48,359 nucleotides of DNA from contig NC_069007.1 of NCBI RefSeq assembly GCF_001194135.2, positions 4,039,674 through 4,088,032 of the forward strand, in the 5' to 3' direction. Shown here piece after piece: positions 33,640 through 45,790 of this stretch. Below the pieces are notes generated by a model, which had not been told where the DNA came from, did not search any database, and saw only the letters and a list, made by a program, of their open reading frames with translations. Each line of letters opens with the position of its first letter. Within the stretch, counting starts at the first letter, position 1. The translations under genes and the position numbers were made by a program. This stretch comes from Octopus bimaculoides. Taxonomy: Eukaryota.

Positions 33640-34080
33640 TAAGAAGCATTTAGCGATAGTTTTCAGCGGTGCCTTCTATATCATCAATTCATCCAAAATT
33701 TAGAACGCTTTCACCAACAAAAGCTTTGTTCAATCTTGAGAATCAAATAGGGACAATATATGACCGACATCAAAGTCCTGAAAAGAGCCAACAGGGAAAG
33801 CATCGTCTTCAATGGTCAGGACATGTAGCGACAATGGATATATCTCGGCTCTTATGCCTGGTCTTATTTCAAGCTCACTTCAAGAAAAGGACCATGGGGT
33901 TGCTCTCATTAACAACTCAAAACAATATTGAATACCAATGGACTTGGGCCTAAATCATTTGAGACACAAGCCTGAGATTGTACCAAGGGTTGGTGTTCCA
34001 TCATCATCGGAACCAAAATCTTTGAAACCACCAGAAGAAAAAAGGAAGAAATCAAATATCAGGAGAGAAAGGCTTGTCAA
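33640..34080 (+). mobile_element. RTE-like LINE relic (similar short 3'-end relics at 21270-21450 +, 32680-32800 -, 43300-43510 +)
   Basis: LQWSGHVATMDISRL resembles the RTE LRWAGHVxRMxDxR motif. Confidence 0.55.
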
Positions 34081-35670
34081 AAATCAACCTCCTCCTCCTC
34101 CATGTATTCAAACGTAAGCAATAATTTATTAGGATGCTGAGCTCATGTAGGGAGATACTATGCATTGAAATTTTGCTAAAATACTATAATGTATTTGAAA
34201 AATATACATATATGGGATTAACGGACATGAAGAAGTCATTTGATTATAATAAGGGATGCTATGGAGCTGTTATGGGTGTTAAAGACAGAATGAGAGATGA
34301 AATAGATTTTTGAGGGGAAAAAACATAAATGATTTTGGGAAATAAAAGAGAAAAATAACTCTATGTATTCTATGATTACTATTAATTATTAATCATTTCT
34401 ATGCACCAACATTTACATTCTAATATTCAGAGAAAGGTTATTTACTACAGAGATGAATGTAAATATTCATGCAAAAAAAAAAAAAGAAAAAAGAAGTTAA
34501 GTGTATAGAGAGAAAAGTGGATTTTATGAGGGGGAAAATAATGAAAAGTGATGAAATATAATTTTTTATGTGGAGTATAAGATACAAAAAAAAAATGGAT
34601 TAAGAAATAAAAGAGAAGGGGAAAAAATTTCTTTATATTATACTACGATATTGTTTTTAGGATGTTATTTGGAGAAAAGTAATAATAATTGTTATTATTT
34701 GGGATTTCAATTGACTAAGATATATTATTATTGTTCTAAGAAAAAGTATTAAGTATATAAAAAGACTATATTGCATTTACTTGTAAGAGGAAAGAAAAAA
34801 AAATTTAAATGCAATGTAATTTTTAATAGTAATAACTAGTAACCTCCCTTCATATATAAAACTTCCATTTAACAATGAAATAAGTATTATGGATTATTTT
34901 ATAAAGTCGGGATAAGTTTGGTATTAGAGCTTTTGAATGTTATAATTTCAAATTTGAGAGATCAATGGATTAAATTTATACCTATATCATGATATTAAAT
35001 ATGGTTTATATGATGATTGTTCTAATAAATAAGCATGCTAATATCATGGATTTAAACTATGAGCTATATGGGTATCCTTAATATGGTAAATTTCAAGAGA
35101 TGAAATATTGAATATACTGCTGAGAACTAATATACAACTTATAATTTCAATGTTGGTATATATATTGATATTGAGGGGAAAAAATATTGGAATTGACCAA
35201 GAAGAGGATATATATTATAATAATTATTGCATAGATTTAAGAACAAATTGATAATAGAGTTTAGGATTAAGTTCTAGAGTTTAAATAAAAATTGAATATA
35301 GATGAATTAATTAAATTAATGGAAATAAAAATAAGGGCTATGGTTTTTATATATGGAGTATAAGTACGGTGGGATTAGAAATGAAAAGGATAATATATTA
35401 TTGTTCTTTGGTAAGATAAGTTTGGGATTAAATATTAAGTTCATAGTTACTCTTTTACTCTTTTACTTGTTTCAGTCATTTGACTGTGGCCATGCTGGAG
35501 CACTGCCTTTTAGTCAAGCTAATTGACCCCAGAACTTATTCTTTGTAAGCCTAGTACTTATTCTATCGGTCTCTTTAGTCGAACCGCTAAGTTACGGTTA
35601 CGTAAACACACCAGCATCAGTTGTCAAGCAATGTTAGGGGGGGGGGACAAACACAAACACACAAATGTAT

Positions 35671-35719
<49 letters not shown>

Positions 35720-35936
35720 TANNNNNNNNNNNNNNNNNNNNNNNNNNNNNNNNNNNNNNNNNNNNNNNNNNNNNNNNNNNNNNNNNNNNNNNNNNNNNNN
35801 NNNNNNNNNNNNNNNNNNNNNNNNNNNNNNNNNNNNNNNNNNNNNNNNNNNNNNNNNNNNNNNNNNNNNNNNNNNNNNNNNNNNNNNNNNNNNNNNNNNN
35901 NNNNNNNNNNNNNNNNNNNNNNNNNNNNNNNNNNNN

Positions 35937-35975
<39 letters not shown>

Positions 35976-36755
35976 TACGATGGGCTTCTTTCAGTTTCCA
36001 TCTACCAAATCCACTCACAAGGCTTTGGTCAGCCCGAGGCTATAGTAGAAGACACTTGCCCTAGGTGTCACACAGTGGGACTGAACCCGGAACCATGTGG
36101 TTGGTATGCAAGCTACTTACCACACAGCCACTCCTACGCCTACGTTATAAAAAATTTAATATTAATATTAAGGATTAATTAAGGATTATGGGGATAAAAA
36201 ATGGGGATTATAATTATGCGTCTAATAAGAAAAAAATGTCATTGAAAAATATGTAGATGGTATTATAAGTACTAATTATTCTTAAAAGACATTCGAGCGA
36301 GATCGTTGCTAGGGCCGTAGGACTGGCTCCTGTGCAGGTGGCACGTAAAACACACCATTTCGAGCGTGGCCATCACCAGTTCCACCTGACTGGCCCTTGT
36401 GCCGGTATCACGTAAAACACCCATTACACTCTCTGAGTGGTTGGCGTTAGGAAGGGCATCCAGCTGTAGAAACTCTGCCAGATCAGATTGGAGCCTGGTG
36501 TTGCCTCCTGGTCCACCAATCCTCAGTCANNNNNNNNNNTGCCAGATCAGATTGGAGCCTGGTGTTGCCTCCTGGTCCACCAATCCTCAGTCAAATCGTC
36601 CAACCCATGCTAGCATGGAAAGCAGACGTTAAACGATGAGGATGATGATGATGATGTGATTAGGATGGAGCGTATGCACCATCGGAATAGGTTATTAATA
36701 AAAGAACGAAAGAATACACGATGCCCTGTTGGCAATGTTTTAACAAGAGACGTAC

Positions 36756-36899
36756 CTTTATGTGCATTCCTACATTTCTTTCTGGTGCATCCCACAATGC
36801 CAAGTTTGCCGCAGAAGCAGGTGTTGCAATCACTTTTGAAAATGTCGCCTGGTTTGTATATTTGACCGTTGTAATGACAAATATCTTTGGTGGGTGATG
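36756..36899 (-). CDS. Pacifastin-like inhibitor exon 2: SPTKDICHYNGQIYKPGDIFKSDCNTCFCGKLGIVGCTRKKCRNAHK(G)
   Basis: ttttattccattgcag acceptor, AAG|gtacgt donor, 144 nt, phase 1-1; C-xn-CNxCxC-x3-G-x3-CT-x3-C signature. Confidence 0.9.
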
Positions 36900-37056
36900 C
36901 TGCAATGGAATAAAATAAAAGATGTCCTCTTGTTCAAACATTATTTTTACTTGGGGGGGGCGTTGATTGATTGATTCCTGAATGAAATTCTGTTGCCAGA
37001 CGCCAGCTGGAGGCTTGTGCCAAACCCATGCCAGCTTACAAAAAATGGGCATTAAA

Positions 37057-37253
37057 GGATGATGGTAACAGTAATTAACACGGATGATTATGGAGATAAT
37101 GACAATGATGATACTCATGATGATGATGATGATGATGATGATGACGATGATGACGATTATGATTACAGAGATGATGACAGTGATGATGACAGTGATGACA
37201 CTAATGATGATGATGATGATGATACAGATAATGACAATGAGGACACTGATGAA

Positions 37254-37285
<32 letters not shown>

Positions 37286-37395
37286 CAATGATGGTGATGA
37301 TGATGATGATGATGATGACAATGATGGTGATGATGATGATGATGATGATGATGATGACAATGATGGTGATGATGATGATTACGGAAATAATGACC
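37057..37395. repeat. (GAT)n-type trinucleotide microsatellite in intron 1 of the pacifastin-like gene
   Basis: Degenerate GAT/GAC run; source of the poly-D/M/I/S/H ORFs in the track. Confidence 0.95.
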
Positions 37396-37865
37396 ATGGT
37401 GCCACATGATGACAACGACTCTAAAATTTTAGGAGATTGAGCAAACAGTGAAAACTTCAATGTGGTTGTCTGACTTTCTAGAAACTGCAGCTAAATCTTG
37501 TACCCCTACTGTCTTAACCCTTTGGCATGCAGATTATTCTGTTAAATGTTATACTTATTTATTCACATTTTGGAAAAATTAATCATGCATTAAGTCATAG
37601 TTGCAAAATTTTGATAATGTAACTGTTCATTTTTAGGTGTTTATTGTTTATTGCAGGCTAGGTGTGAGAGACCAGATCTGGCTGATTAGACCATAAAACA
37701 GGTAGAATATTTGAGCCTAATATGTCTGGTTTAACACTTTAGTGTTCAGATTACTCAGTCAAATGCAATCATGTAAAAAGCACCTTTCAAACGTTGGGCT
37801 TCACGGAGGCAATAGCAGGTGAGTGAGACCTTTGGCGATATATCATGCTTTTGAAGACCTGTCAA

Positions 37866-38831
37866 AGCAAGTGGTTATTTTTCTGCAGTGGTTATTTTTC
37901 TGCAGTGGTTATTTTTCTGCAGTGGTTATTTTTCTGCAGTGGTTATTTTTCTGTAGTAGTTATTTTTCTGCAGTGGTTATTTTTCTGTAGTAGTTATTTT
38001 TCTGGAGTGGTTATTTTTCTGCAGTGGTTATTTTTCTGCAGTAGTTATTTTTCTGAAGTGGTTATTTTTCTGCAGTAGTTATTTTTCTGCAGTAGTTATT
38101 TTTCTGTAGTAGTTATTTTTCTGCAGTGGTTATTTTTCTGCAGTAGTTATTTTTCTGAAGTGGTTATTTTTCTGCAGTGGTTATTTTTCTGCAGTAGTTA
38201 TTTTTCTGTANNNNNNNNNNNNNNNNNNNNNNNNNNNNNNNNNNNNNNNNNNNNNNNNNNNNNNNNNNNNNNNNNNNNNNNNNNNNNNNNNNNNNNNNNN
38301 NNNNNNNNNNNNNNNNNNNNNNNNNNNNNNNNNNNNNNNNNNNNNNNNNNNNNNNNNNNNNNNNNNNNNNNNNNNNNNNNNNNNNNNNNNNNNNNNNNNN
38401 NNNNNNNAGTGGTTATTTTTCTGTAGTAGTTATTTTTCTGCAGTGGTTATTTTTCTGTAGTAGTTATTTTTCTGGAGTGGTTATTTTTCTGCAGTGGTTA
38501 TTTTTCTGCAGTAGTTATTTTTCTGAAGTGGTTATTTTTCTGCAGTAGTTATTTTTCTGCAGTAGTTATTTTTCTGTAGTAGTTATTTTTCTGCAGTGGT
38601 TATTTTTCTGCAGTAGTTATTTTTCTGAAGTGGTTATTTTTCTGCAGTGGTTATTTTTCTGCAGTAGTTATTTTTCTGCAGTAGTTATTTTTCTGCAGTG
38701 GTTATTTTTCTGTAGTAGTTATTTTTCTGCAGTGGTTATTTTTCTGCAGTAGTTATTTTTCTGCAGTAGTTATTTTTCTGAAGTGGTTATTTTTCTGCAG
38801 TGGTTATTTTTCTGCAGTAGTTATTTTTCTG
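37866..38831. repeat. 17-bp minisatellite (AGTRGTTATTTTTCTGY)n spanning a gap
   Basis: Dozens of tandem units; period 17, seen as a 17-aa (3-unit) repeat in translation. Confidence 0.95.
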
Positions 38832-39805
38832 TATATTCAGGAACATTTTCACAAAAAATATATAAATCATCATCGTTATCCACTAACATCCATGTAGCTG
38901 GCAGAACTACAAATCCTGTGGGGTGGGGTCAGCTTCATGCCAGTGGACAAGGGAATGATCTATGAGAATTGAGGTGCGGTAGTGCAGGTTTTTGTAGAGG
39001 ACCGGTGTGGTTACTAATATCTAATAGGGGAAAAAGGTAAAAATCCCCTTTGGTCATGAATGACCATGAGATTGCACCAAGAAAGTTACCCTCCAAGGTA
39101 CAAGATAAAAAATAAGAATTAAAGGGTGTCAGGCGGTACTGGTGACGACCACGCTCGAGATGGTGTATTTTATGTGTAGGTGGCACGTAAAAGCACCCAC
39201 TACACTCTCGGAGTGGTTGGTGTTAGGAAGGGCATCCAGCTGTAGAAACTCTGCCAGATCAGACTAGAGCCTGGTGTAGCCATCTGGTTCACCAGTCCTC
39301 AGTCAAATCGTCCAACCCATGCTAGCATGGAAAGCGGACGTTAAACGATGATAAGGATGATGATGATGAATACAATTATGAAAAAAATTTATACAATTAA
39401 AAAATTCGACGGAGAAAAACGATAAAAAATCGGAAAAAAAAACCCGAATAAAAGTGTAAAAAAGTGAGTGTATATAAGATGAGATAAAAAGTTGTTTTTT
39501 AAGGAGGGTAAAGAGACAGTCATTAAGAGGAGGAGGTTGTGTTGAGTATGAAAGGAGTTTGTGTTTGTACACTGAAAATGTAACTCTTTACTCTTTCTTT
39601 TACTCTTTTACTTGTTTCAGTCATTTGACTGCGGCCATGCTGGAGCACCGCCTTTAGTCGAACAAATCGACCCCAGGACTTATTCTTTGTAAGCCTAGTA
39701 CTTATTCTACCGGTCTATTTTGCCGAACCGCTAAGTTACGGGGACGTAAACACACCAGCATCGGTTGTCAAGCGATGGTGGGGGGACAAACACTAACACA
39801 CATAC

Positions 39806-39854
<49 letters not shown>

Positions 39855-40484
39855 NNNNNNNNNNNNNNNNNNNNNNNNNNNNNNNNNNNNNNNNNNNNNN
39901 NNNNNNNNNNNNNNNNNNNNNNNNNNNNNNNNNNNNNNNNNNNNNNNNNNNNNNNNNNNNNNNNNNNNNNNNNNNNNNNNNNNNNNNNNNNNNNNNNNNN
40001 NNNNNNNNNNNNNNNNNNNNNNNNNNNNNNNNNNNNNNNNNNNNNNNNNNNNNNNNNNNNNNNNNNNNNNNNNNNNNNNNNNNNNNNNNNNNNNNNNNNN
40101 NNNNNNNNNNNNNNNNNNNNNNNNNNNNNNNNNNNNNNNNNNNNNNNNNNNNNNNNNNNNNNNNNNNNNNNNNNNNNNNNNNNNNNNNNNNNNNNNNNNN
40201 NNNNNNNNNNNNNNNNNNNNNNNNNNNNNNNNNNNNNNNNNNNNNNNNNNNNNNNNNNNNNNNNNNNNNNNNNNNNNNNNNNNNNNNNNNNNNNNNNNNN
40301 NNNNNNNNNNNNNNNNNNNNNNNNNNNNNNNNNNNNNNNNNNNNNNNNNNNNNNNNNNNNNNNNNNNNNNNNNNNNNNNNNNNNNNNNNNNNNNNNNNNN
40401 NNNNNNNNNNNNNNNNNNNNNNNNNNNNNNNNNNNNNNNNNNNNNNNNNNNNNNNNNNNNNNNNNNNNNNNNNNNNNNNNNNNN

Positions 40485-40540
<56 letters not shown>

Positions 40541-41114
40541 GGGGAGATTGAAAGGGGAGAGAGAGATTGAGAGAGGAGGAGAGAGAGTGAGTGAAAGGGA
40601 AGTGTAAGGGAGGGGAGAGAGATTGAGAGAGGGGGAGAGAGAGAGAAAGAAAAGGAGAGAGTGATAGAAAGAGAAAGTGAGAAAGAGAGAGGGAGAATGA
40701 GAGAGAAATATAGAGAGAAAGACAGAGAGTGAGAAAGAAAGAGAAAAAGATTGTGATAGAAAGAGAAAATAAGAAGAAAGAACGAGAGTGAGTGAGAGAG
40801 AGAGAGAATAAAGGAGTGAGGGATTGAGAGAGAGAGAAAGAGAGAGAGACAGAGAGAGAGAGCGGGAGAAAAAAGAGAAATAGAGAAAGAAAGAGAGAGA
40901 GAGAGTATGAGAGAGAAATAGAGAGAGAAAGACAGAGAGTGGGAAAGAAAGAGAAAAGAGAAAAAGATTGTGATAGAAAGAGAAAATAAGAAGAAAGAAC
41001 GAGAGTGAGTGAGAGAGAATAAAGGAGAGAGGGATTGAGAAAGAGAAAAAGAGAGAGAGAGAAAAGGAGAAAAAAGAGAAACAGAGAAAGAAAGAGAGAA
41101 AGAGAAAGAGAAAG

Positions 41115-41178
<64 letters not shown>
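40485..41178. repeat. (GA)n / GA-rich low-complexity tract with (GATA)n, abutting the exon-1 donor of the pacifastin-like gene
   Basis: Direct inspection. Confidence 0.95.
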
Positions 41179-41208
41179 CCATCAGGTTTCCATTGTCTCA
41201 TATCTCAC

Positions 41209-41254
41209 CTGAAACAGCAGCAACAAGGCAGGTGAGAATGGTTAATTTAATCAT
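41209..41254 (-). CDS. Pacifastin-like inhibitor exon 1: signal peptide MIKLTILTCLVAAVS(A)
   Basis: ATG-led hydrophobic leader; CAG|gtgaga donor, phase 1, matching the phase-1 exon at 36899; TATA box 58 nt upstream of the ATG. Confidence 0.85.
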
Positions 41255-41304
41255 CTTTTCTTGTTTTCTAGAATAAAATGAATGTCTCTAAATGATAGAC
41301 AACC

Positions 41305-41340
41305 TATTTATAAGGGTCCCTTATCACCCCCCGCCTATCA
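41305..41340 (-). promoter_or_regulatory. TATA box (TATAAATA, 41312-41305) with adjacent GATA sites for the pacifastin-like gene
   Basis: TATA about 30 nt upstream of Inr-like CATT/TCATTT (41284-41276); WGATAR at 41326-21 and 41340-35, further sites at 41374 and 41487. Confidence 0.65.
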
Positions 41341-41609
41341 TTTGCAGAGCAAGTTCAATACAAACATGTGATTAGATAAGATATATTTGTTTAAAAAAGA
41401 CAACAAATAGAAAAAAAAAGTAATAAAAAAAACAAACAAACAAGAATCACACACAGACTTGAATCTAGGCCCAAAGAAAACTGTTCTGATAAGGGTGAGA
41501 ACTTTAACATCTGCAAATGAAAATATCCATGACTTTAGGGCAAATTATAAATTATAAGTTTTGGACATTTTATATTCTCATAATTGGCAACAAAAAATAA
41601 TAAGATGTC

Positions 41610-41655
<46 letters not shown>

Positions 41656-41717
41656 TAATTATTGTTGTTGTTGTTGTTGTTGTTTTATAAATGTTGACGT
41701 AATTCTTCACAAAGGTA

Positions 41718-41880
41718 AATAGACAATAAGAAGAGCTTGATGCGATTTGTAATAGATTGTTTATTCAACGGTTTGAACGATTTTTGCATTTTGAATCTAA
41801 AGAAGACAGACGAAATATCGTTCAAGCCGTTAAATAAACAAACTATTACAAATTGTATTGCGCTCTTGTTTTCTATTATT
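41718..41880. repeat. Short foldback: core arms 41743-41785 and 41813-41855, weaker extension outward
   Basis: cgatttgtaatagattgtttattcaacggtttgaacgat pairs with atcgttcaagccgttaaataaacaaactattacaaattg. Confidence 0.8.
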
Positions 41881-42025
41881 ATAGTATTGCTGACCTGTAG
41901 GTTTGTGTCGAACACCTGCTGTTGCATGTGGGACGGATCCGGCTGTCAACTGAATCCATCATGAAGATCGCCCCGCCGCCTTCCTTTAACCGGGAAGGAA
42001 AGGCTGTGTTTATATGCCTGTTGGC

Positions 42026-42572
42026 CAGCGCTGGATTAACCATTAAGCAAAATAAGCAAGTACTTAGGGTATCAAGGGAAGGAGGTGGGGGGGGGCACCA
42101 CAGAAATGGTAAATGGTTTACGGCACAAAAGAAATCACTTTAAACTTGCTAAAATAATATTCGCGATGGAAAGGCCGACGTGTCGGCTGCGATACGAGCC
42201 ACGCGGCCGCTACCGTACCCGTGACGGGGTCCGATTCGCGAGTTTGCGGCTCGGACCCGGCGGAATAGTTACGCTCTAGGTGAGCCTCACACACCAAGGG
42301 GGTCCAGACTACTATGTAGGGTAGTCGTCTCTACTAAGAATAGATACAGATGTGTTACCTAAGATTAATTTTGAGGATCTGATCAAAGACATTGCAATTC
42401 AAAAAAGTGAGAGGAACTTTTCAAATATAAATAAAATGGAAGTAGACAAAAATGAACATTATTTTCCCTCTTACTGTTTTGTTATTCTTTATATTTTGAA
42501 TTACATAATCTTTTATGGGGCACCAAAATCTTTTAAGTGCTTAGGGCCTTGATGGGTCTTAATCCGGCCCTG
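42026..42572. mobile_element. Non-autonomous hAT element (547 bp)
   Basis: TIRs CAGCGCTGGATTAA / TTAATCCGGCCCTG; 8-bp TSD ctgttggc / ctggtggc (7/8). Confidence 0.85.
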
Positions 42573-44376
42573 CTGGTGGCCATGGCAAAAGAGGTTGTAC
42601 GGCAGACGAGACTGAAGGGCTGAAGGCAAACACTTTGCTCTTTGGCCAAACCTTGATCTTTAAGTTTCACCTGGCCTCAATCTAATGATGGAAAACAAGT
42701 AAAAAAAATAAAAAATAAAAAAAAGAGAAAAAAGTAACCATTCTGCAACAAAATAGTTTTTACAGTTAGTTTTGTCTTTTATTTCATTTGAGAGAAAACA
42801 ACTCTTCATTTTGGTTTCGGTGTCATGCTTCCTCCAAACTATTTCTGCTGACTTCAGTTTCACATTGTGGGTCACGAAAACAACCTCAGCTTAGTTCACT
42901 TAGAAGAGATTGTCAACACACAGCCATAATAAATGAGATTTGCTGATTGTGAATGCTATGTGAATGAACTCTAAGCTGTGTGGTTTCAAAGCACACTTCT
43001 CAGCCATCTAGTCACACCTGATTCTTTAATTTTCCTCAGCCATTATATGCCATTCACAGGTGCTAAAGATTTTTCTCACTTCTGATCTTTACAATTCTTC
43101 AAATCTGTTAGAAATAACAACCCACTCACCCTCAAACCTATAGGTATAAGGCCTGAAACTTTGGATGAGAGGGCCAGTCGATTAAATTGACCCCAGTGCT
43201 CAACTGGTATTTATTTCATCGCGCCTGAAAGGATGAAAGGCAAAGCTTACCTCCGCTGAATTTGAACTCAGAATGTAAAGACCAAAAGCTAGCAAGAGCA
43301 CCAGGCAAAGACGACCGTGACTATCTGGTCACTGCGTGCACCATGCTGGGCTGGAAGCATATAAATTAGTGTTGTAGGAACCCACTTCATGGTGATATCA
43401 GAAGGGTAAAACCGCCACACTAACATCAACAATTTGATTGGAGACTCTGGCCTGGAATGTATCTAGGATCTCGAGGCAGTGATGATGGACCGAGAAGTGT
43501 GATGAGTGGACTTTGTTGTTGTTGCCTGTGTTGGAACTCGGGCATGACGATAACAATGATAACAGATAATGAAACAACGTGTGTGAATGTCCAGAATTGG
43601 GCTGTCTGAGTATCTGGAGTCGTCTTTGCAAATGTTTGAGGCCGTCTGCTTGATGCCTGAGATCGTCTGCCTGAATGCCTGAGGTTGACTTGTCTTAAGT
43701 AATTTGCTGAGGTGGTCTGCTTGACTTAGGTACCAAGTGGTTTTTTCTCGGAAAGTGAAAAGAAGATAAATTTTGGGATATCCGAGAAGCCATGTCACAC
43801 CTCAGTCTCTCACCGATTGGTCAACTTATAGATCTATCATGTGAAACTGTGGTGGTTGAACCTGAATATCTTGTGGTTGGGATTCGAATCGCTTCAGCTT
43901 CATCTGTTCTGAGGTATGGCTAAACAACACAGTGATGACGACAACAACAACGACAAAGATAAAAATGACAACAGCAACAACAGGAAGAACAACAACAGGA
44001 AGAATGACAGCAAAAACAGTAACAACAACAACTGCTACATAACAGTAACAGCAACAACAAGAAGCAGTAGTAGCAGCAACAAGGGCAATAGCCACACCAA
44101 CAAGAACAACAGCAGGAGCCGATGAAACAGCCACACAAATTCAGAACGTCAAATATTTGCTATAGCAACAACAGCAGTAGTTTTAGGGCGTTAATCAATA
44201 AACCAAGAGATTTGATTCTCTATGTTAACCTTTTGCTGTGATAACTGAGTTGCAGTTAGTATTTGTCAGCAATAATGAAGGTCAGTTGGTGATAAAGACA
44301 ATAATAAGCAAACCAGATTTTAAATCTTGTTTCATTCGTATATTTCGATTTGGTTGTCATAAGAGTAATGAAAATA

Positions 44377-45446
44377 TTAGGTTGGTGCATAATTATTGCG
44401 GCTTTTTTTCAATAAATTTTATTCAACAAGAACAATAACATTTAACAAAAACATCTTTAAATGATTATTCTGGAGCATATTCGCCATCTTCTTCAATTAC
44501 TGCTTTGCATTTGCTTGGCAACCGGTCAGAATAATCATTTAAAGATGTTTTTGATAAATCTCTTTTACTCTTTTACTCTTTTACTTGTTTCAGTCTTTTG
44601 ACTGTGGCCATGCTGGAGCACCGCCTTTAGTCGAGCAAATCGACCCCAGGACCTATTCTTTGGAAGCCTAGTACTTATTCTATCGGTCCCTTTTGCCGAA
44701 CCGCTAAGTTACGGGGATATAAACACACCAGCATCGGTTGTCAAGCGATGTTGGGGGACAAACACAGACATACAAACACATACACACATACATATACATA
44801 TATACGACAGGCTTCTTTCAGCTTCCGTCTACCAAATTCACTCACAAGGCTTTGGTCGGCCCGAGGCTATAGTAGNNNNNNNNNNNNNNNNNNNNNNNNN
44901 NNNNNNNNNNNNNNNNNNNNNNNNNNNNNNNNNNNNNNNNNNNNNNNNNNNNNNNNNNNNNNNNNNNNNNNNNNNNNNNNNNNNNNNNNNNNNNNNNNNN
45001 NNNNNNNNNNNNNNNNNNNNNNNNNNNNNNNNNNNNNNNNNNNNNNNNNNNNNNNNNNNNNNNNNNNNNNNNNNNNNNNNNNNNNNNNNNNNNNNNNNNN
45101 NNNNNNNNNNNNNNNNNNNNNNNNNNNNNNNNNNNNNNNNNNNNNNNNNNNNNNNNNNNNNNNNNNNNNNNNNNNNNNNNNNNNNNNNNNNNNNNNNNNN
45201 NNNNNNNNNNNNNNNNNNNNNNNNNNNNNNNNNNNNNNNNNNNNNNNNNNNNNNNNNNNNNNNNNNNNNNNNNNNNNNNNNNNNNNNNNNNNNNNNNNNN
45301 NNNNNNNNNNNNNNNNNNNNNNNNNNNNNNNNNNNNNNNNNNNNNNNNNNNNNNNNNNNNNNNNNNNNNNNNNNNNNNNNNNNNNNNNNNNNNNNNNNNN
45401 NNAAAATTTATTGAAAAAAAGCCGCAATAATTATGCACCAACCTAA
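44377..45446. mobile_element. Mariner-type MITE interrupted by a family A SINE and a gap
   Basis: TA|TTAGGTTGGTGCATAATTATTGCGG...CCGCAATAATTATGCACCAACCTAA|TA; TIR resembles Hsmar1/MADE1. Confidence 0.85.
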
Positions 45447-45448
45447 TA

Positions 45449-45790
45449 TATTAGTTTGTCCGTAAAGTTCTGAGCGCCTTTTAATGTGCAAAAAGAGAAT
45501 ATAAATAAGTGACCTTTCAATAAATCTTATTCAATGAAATAATTTCCATTATTATTAACGGCCTTTGCCCATCTATCAGGCAATTTAAATATTCCATCAG
45601 CATAAAATTTGATGGTTTTGAAGAAAAATGGTTATCTAGATGTATTTTGACTCCATCTAAATCGTTAAATGTTTTTCCTTGCATTGAGTTCTGCAGACAA
45701 AAACAAGTGGTAGTCGGATGGCGCAATATCAGGAGAATATGGTGGATGGAGTAAGAGATTCCAGCCAAGTCCATGTAACTTTGTTAGGGT
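45449..45790 (-). mobile_element. Mariner 3'-end relic
   Basis: PSDYHLF-like motif followed by LQNSMQGKTF...HFSSKP, typical of the mariner C-terminus. Confidence 0.65.

Noticed and set aside
34150-35450. Mitochondrial insertion (NUMT)
   Set aside because: Skewed and AT-rich, but I could not recognise any mitochondrial protein, rRNA or tRNA motif.
36474-36590. ~50-bp direct duplication across a 10-N gap
   Set aside because: Typical contig-end overlap. The duplicated blocks either side of the 38211-38408 gap may be the same.
36660-37460. 266-aa poly-Ile ORF starting MKFSLFA and the opposite-strand poly-Asp ORF
   Set aside because: Starts at TTG and is a translated (GAT)n microsatellite. The real exon (36756-36899) is in a different frame.
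37866-38831. CRISPR-like array
   Set aside because: Contiguous 17-bp units with no unique spacers, in a eukaryotic intron.
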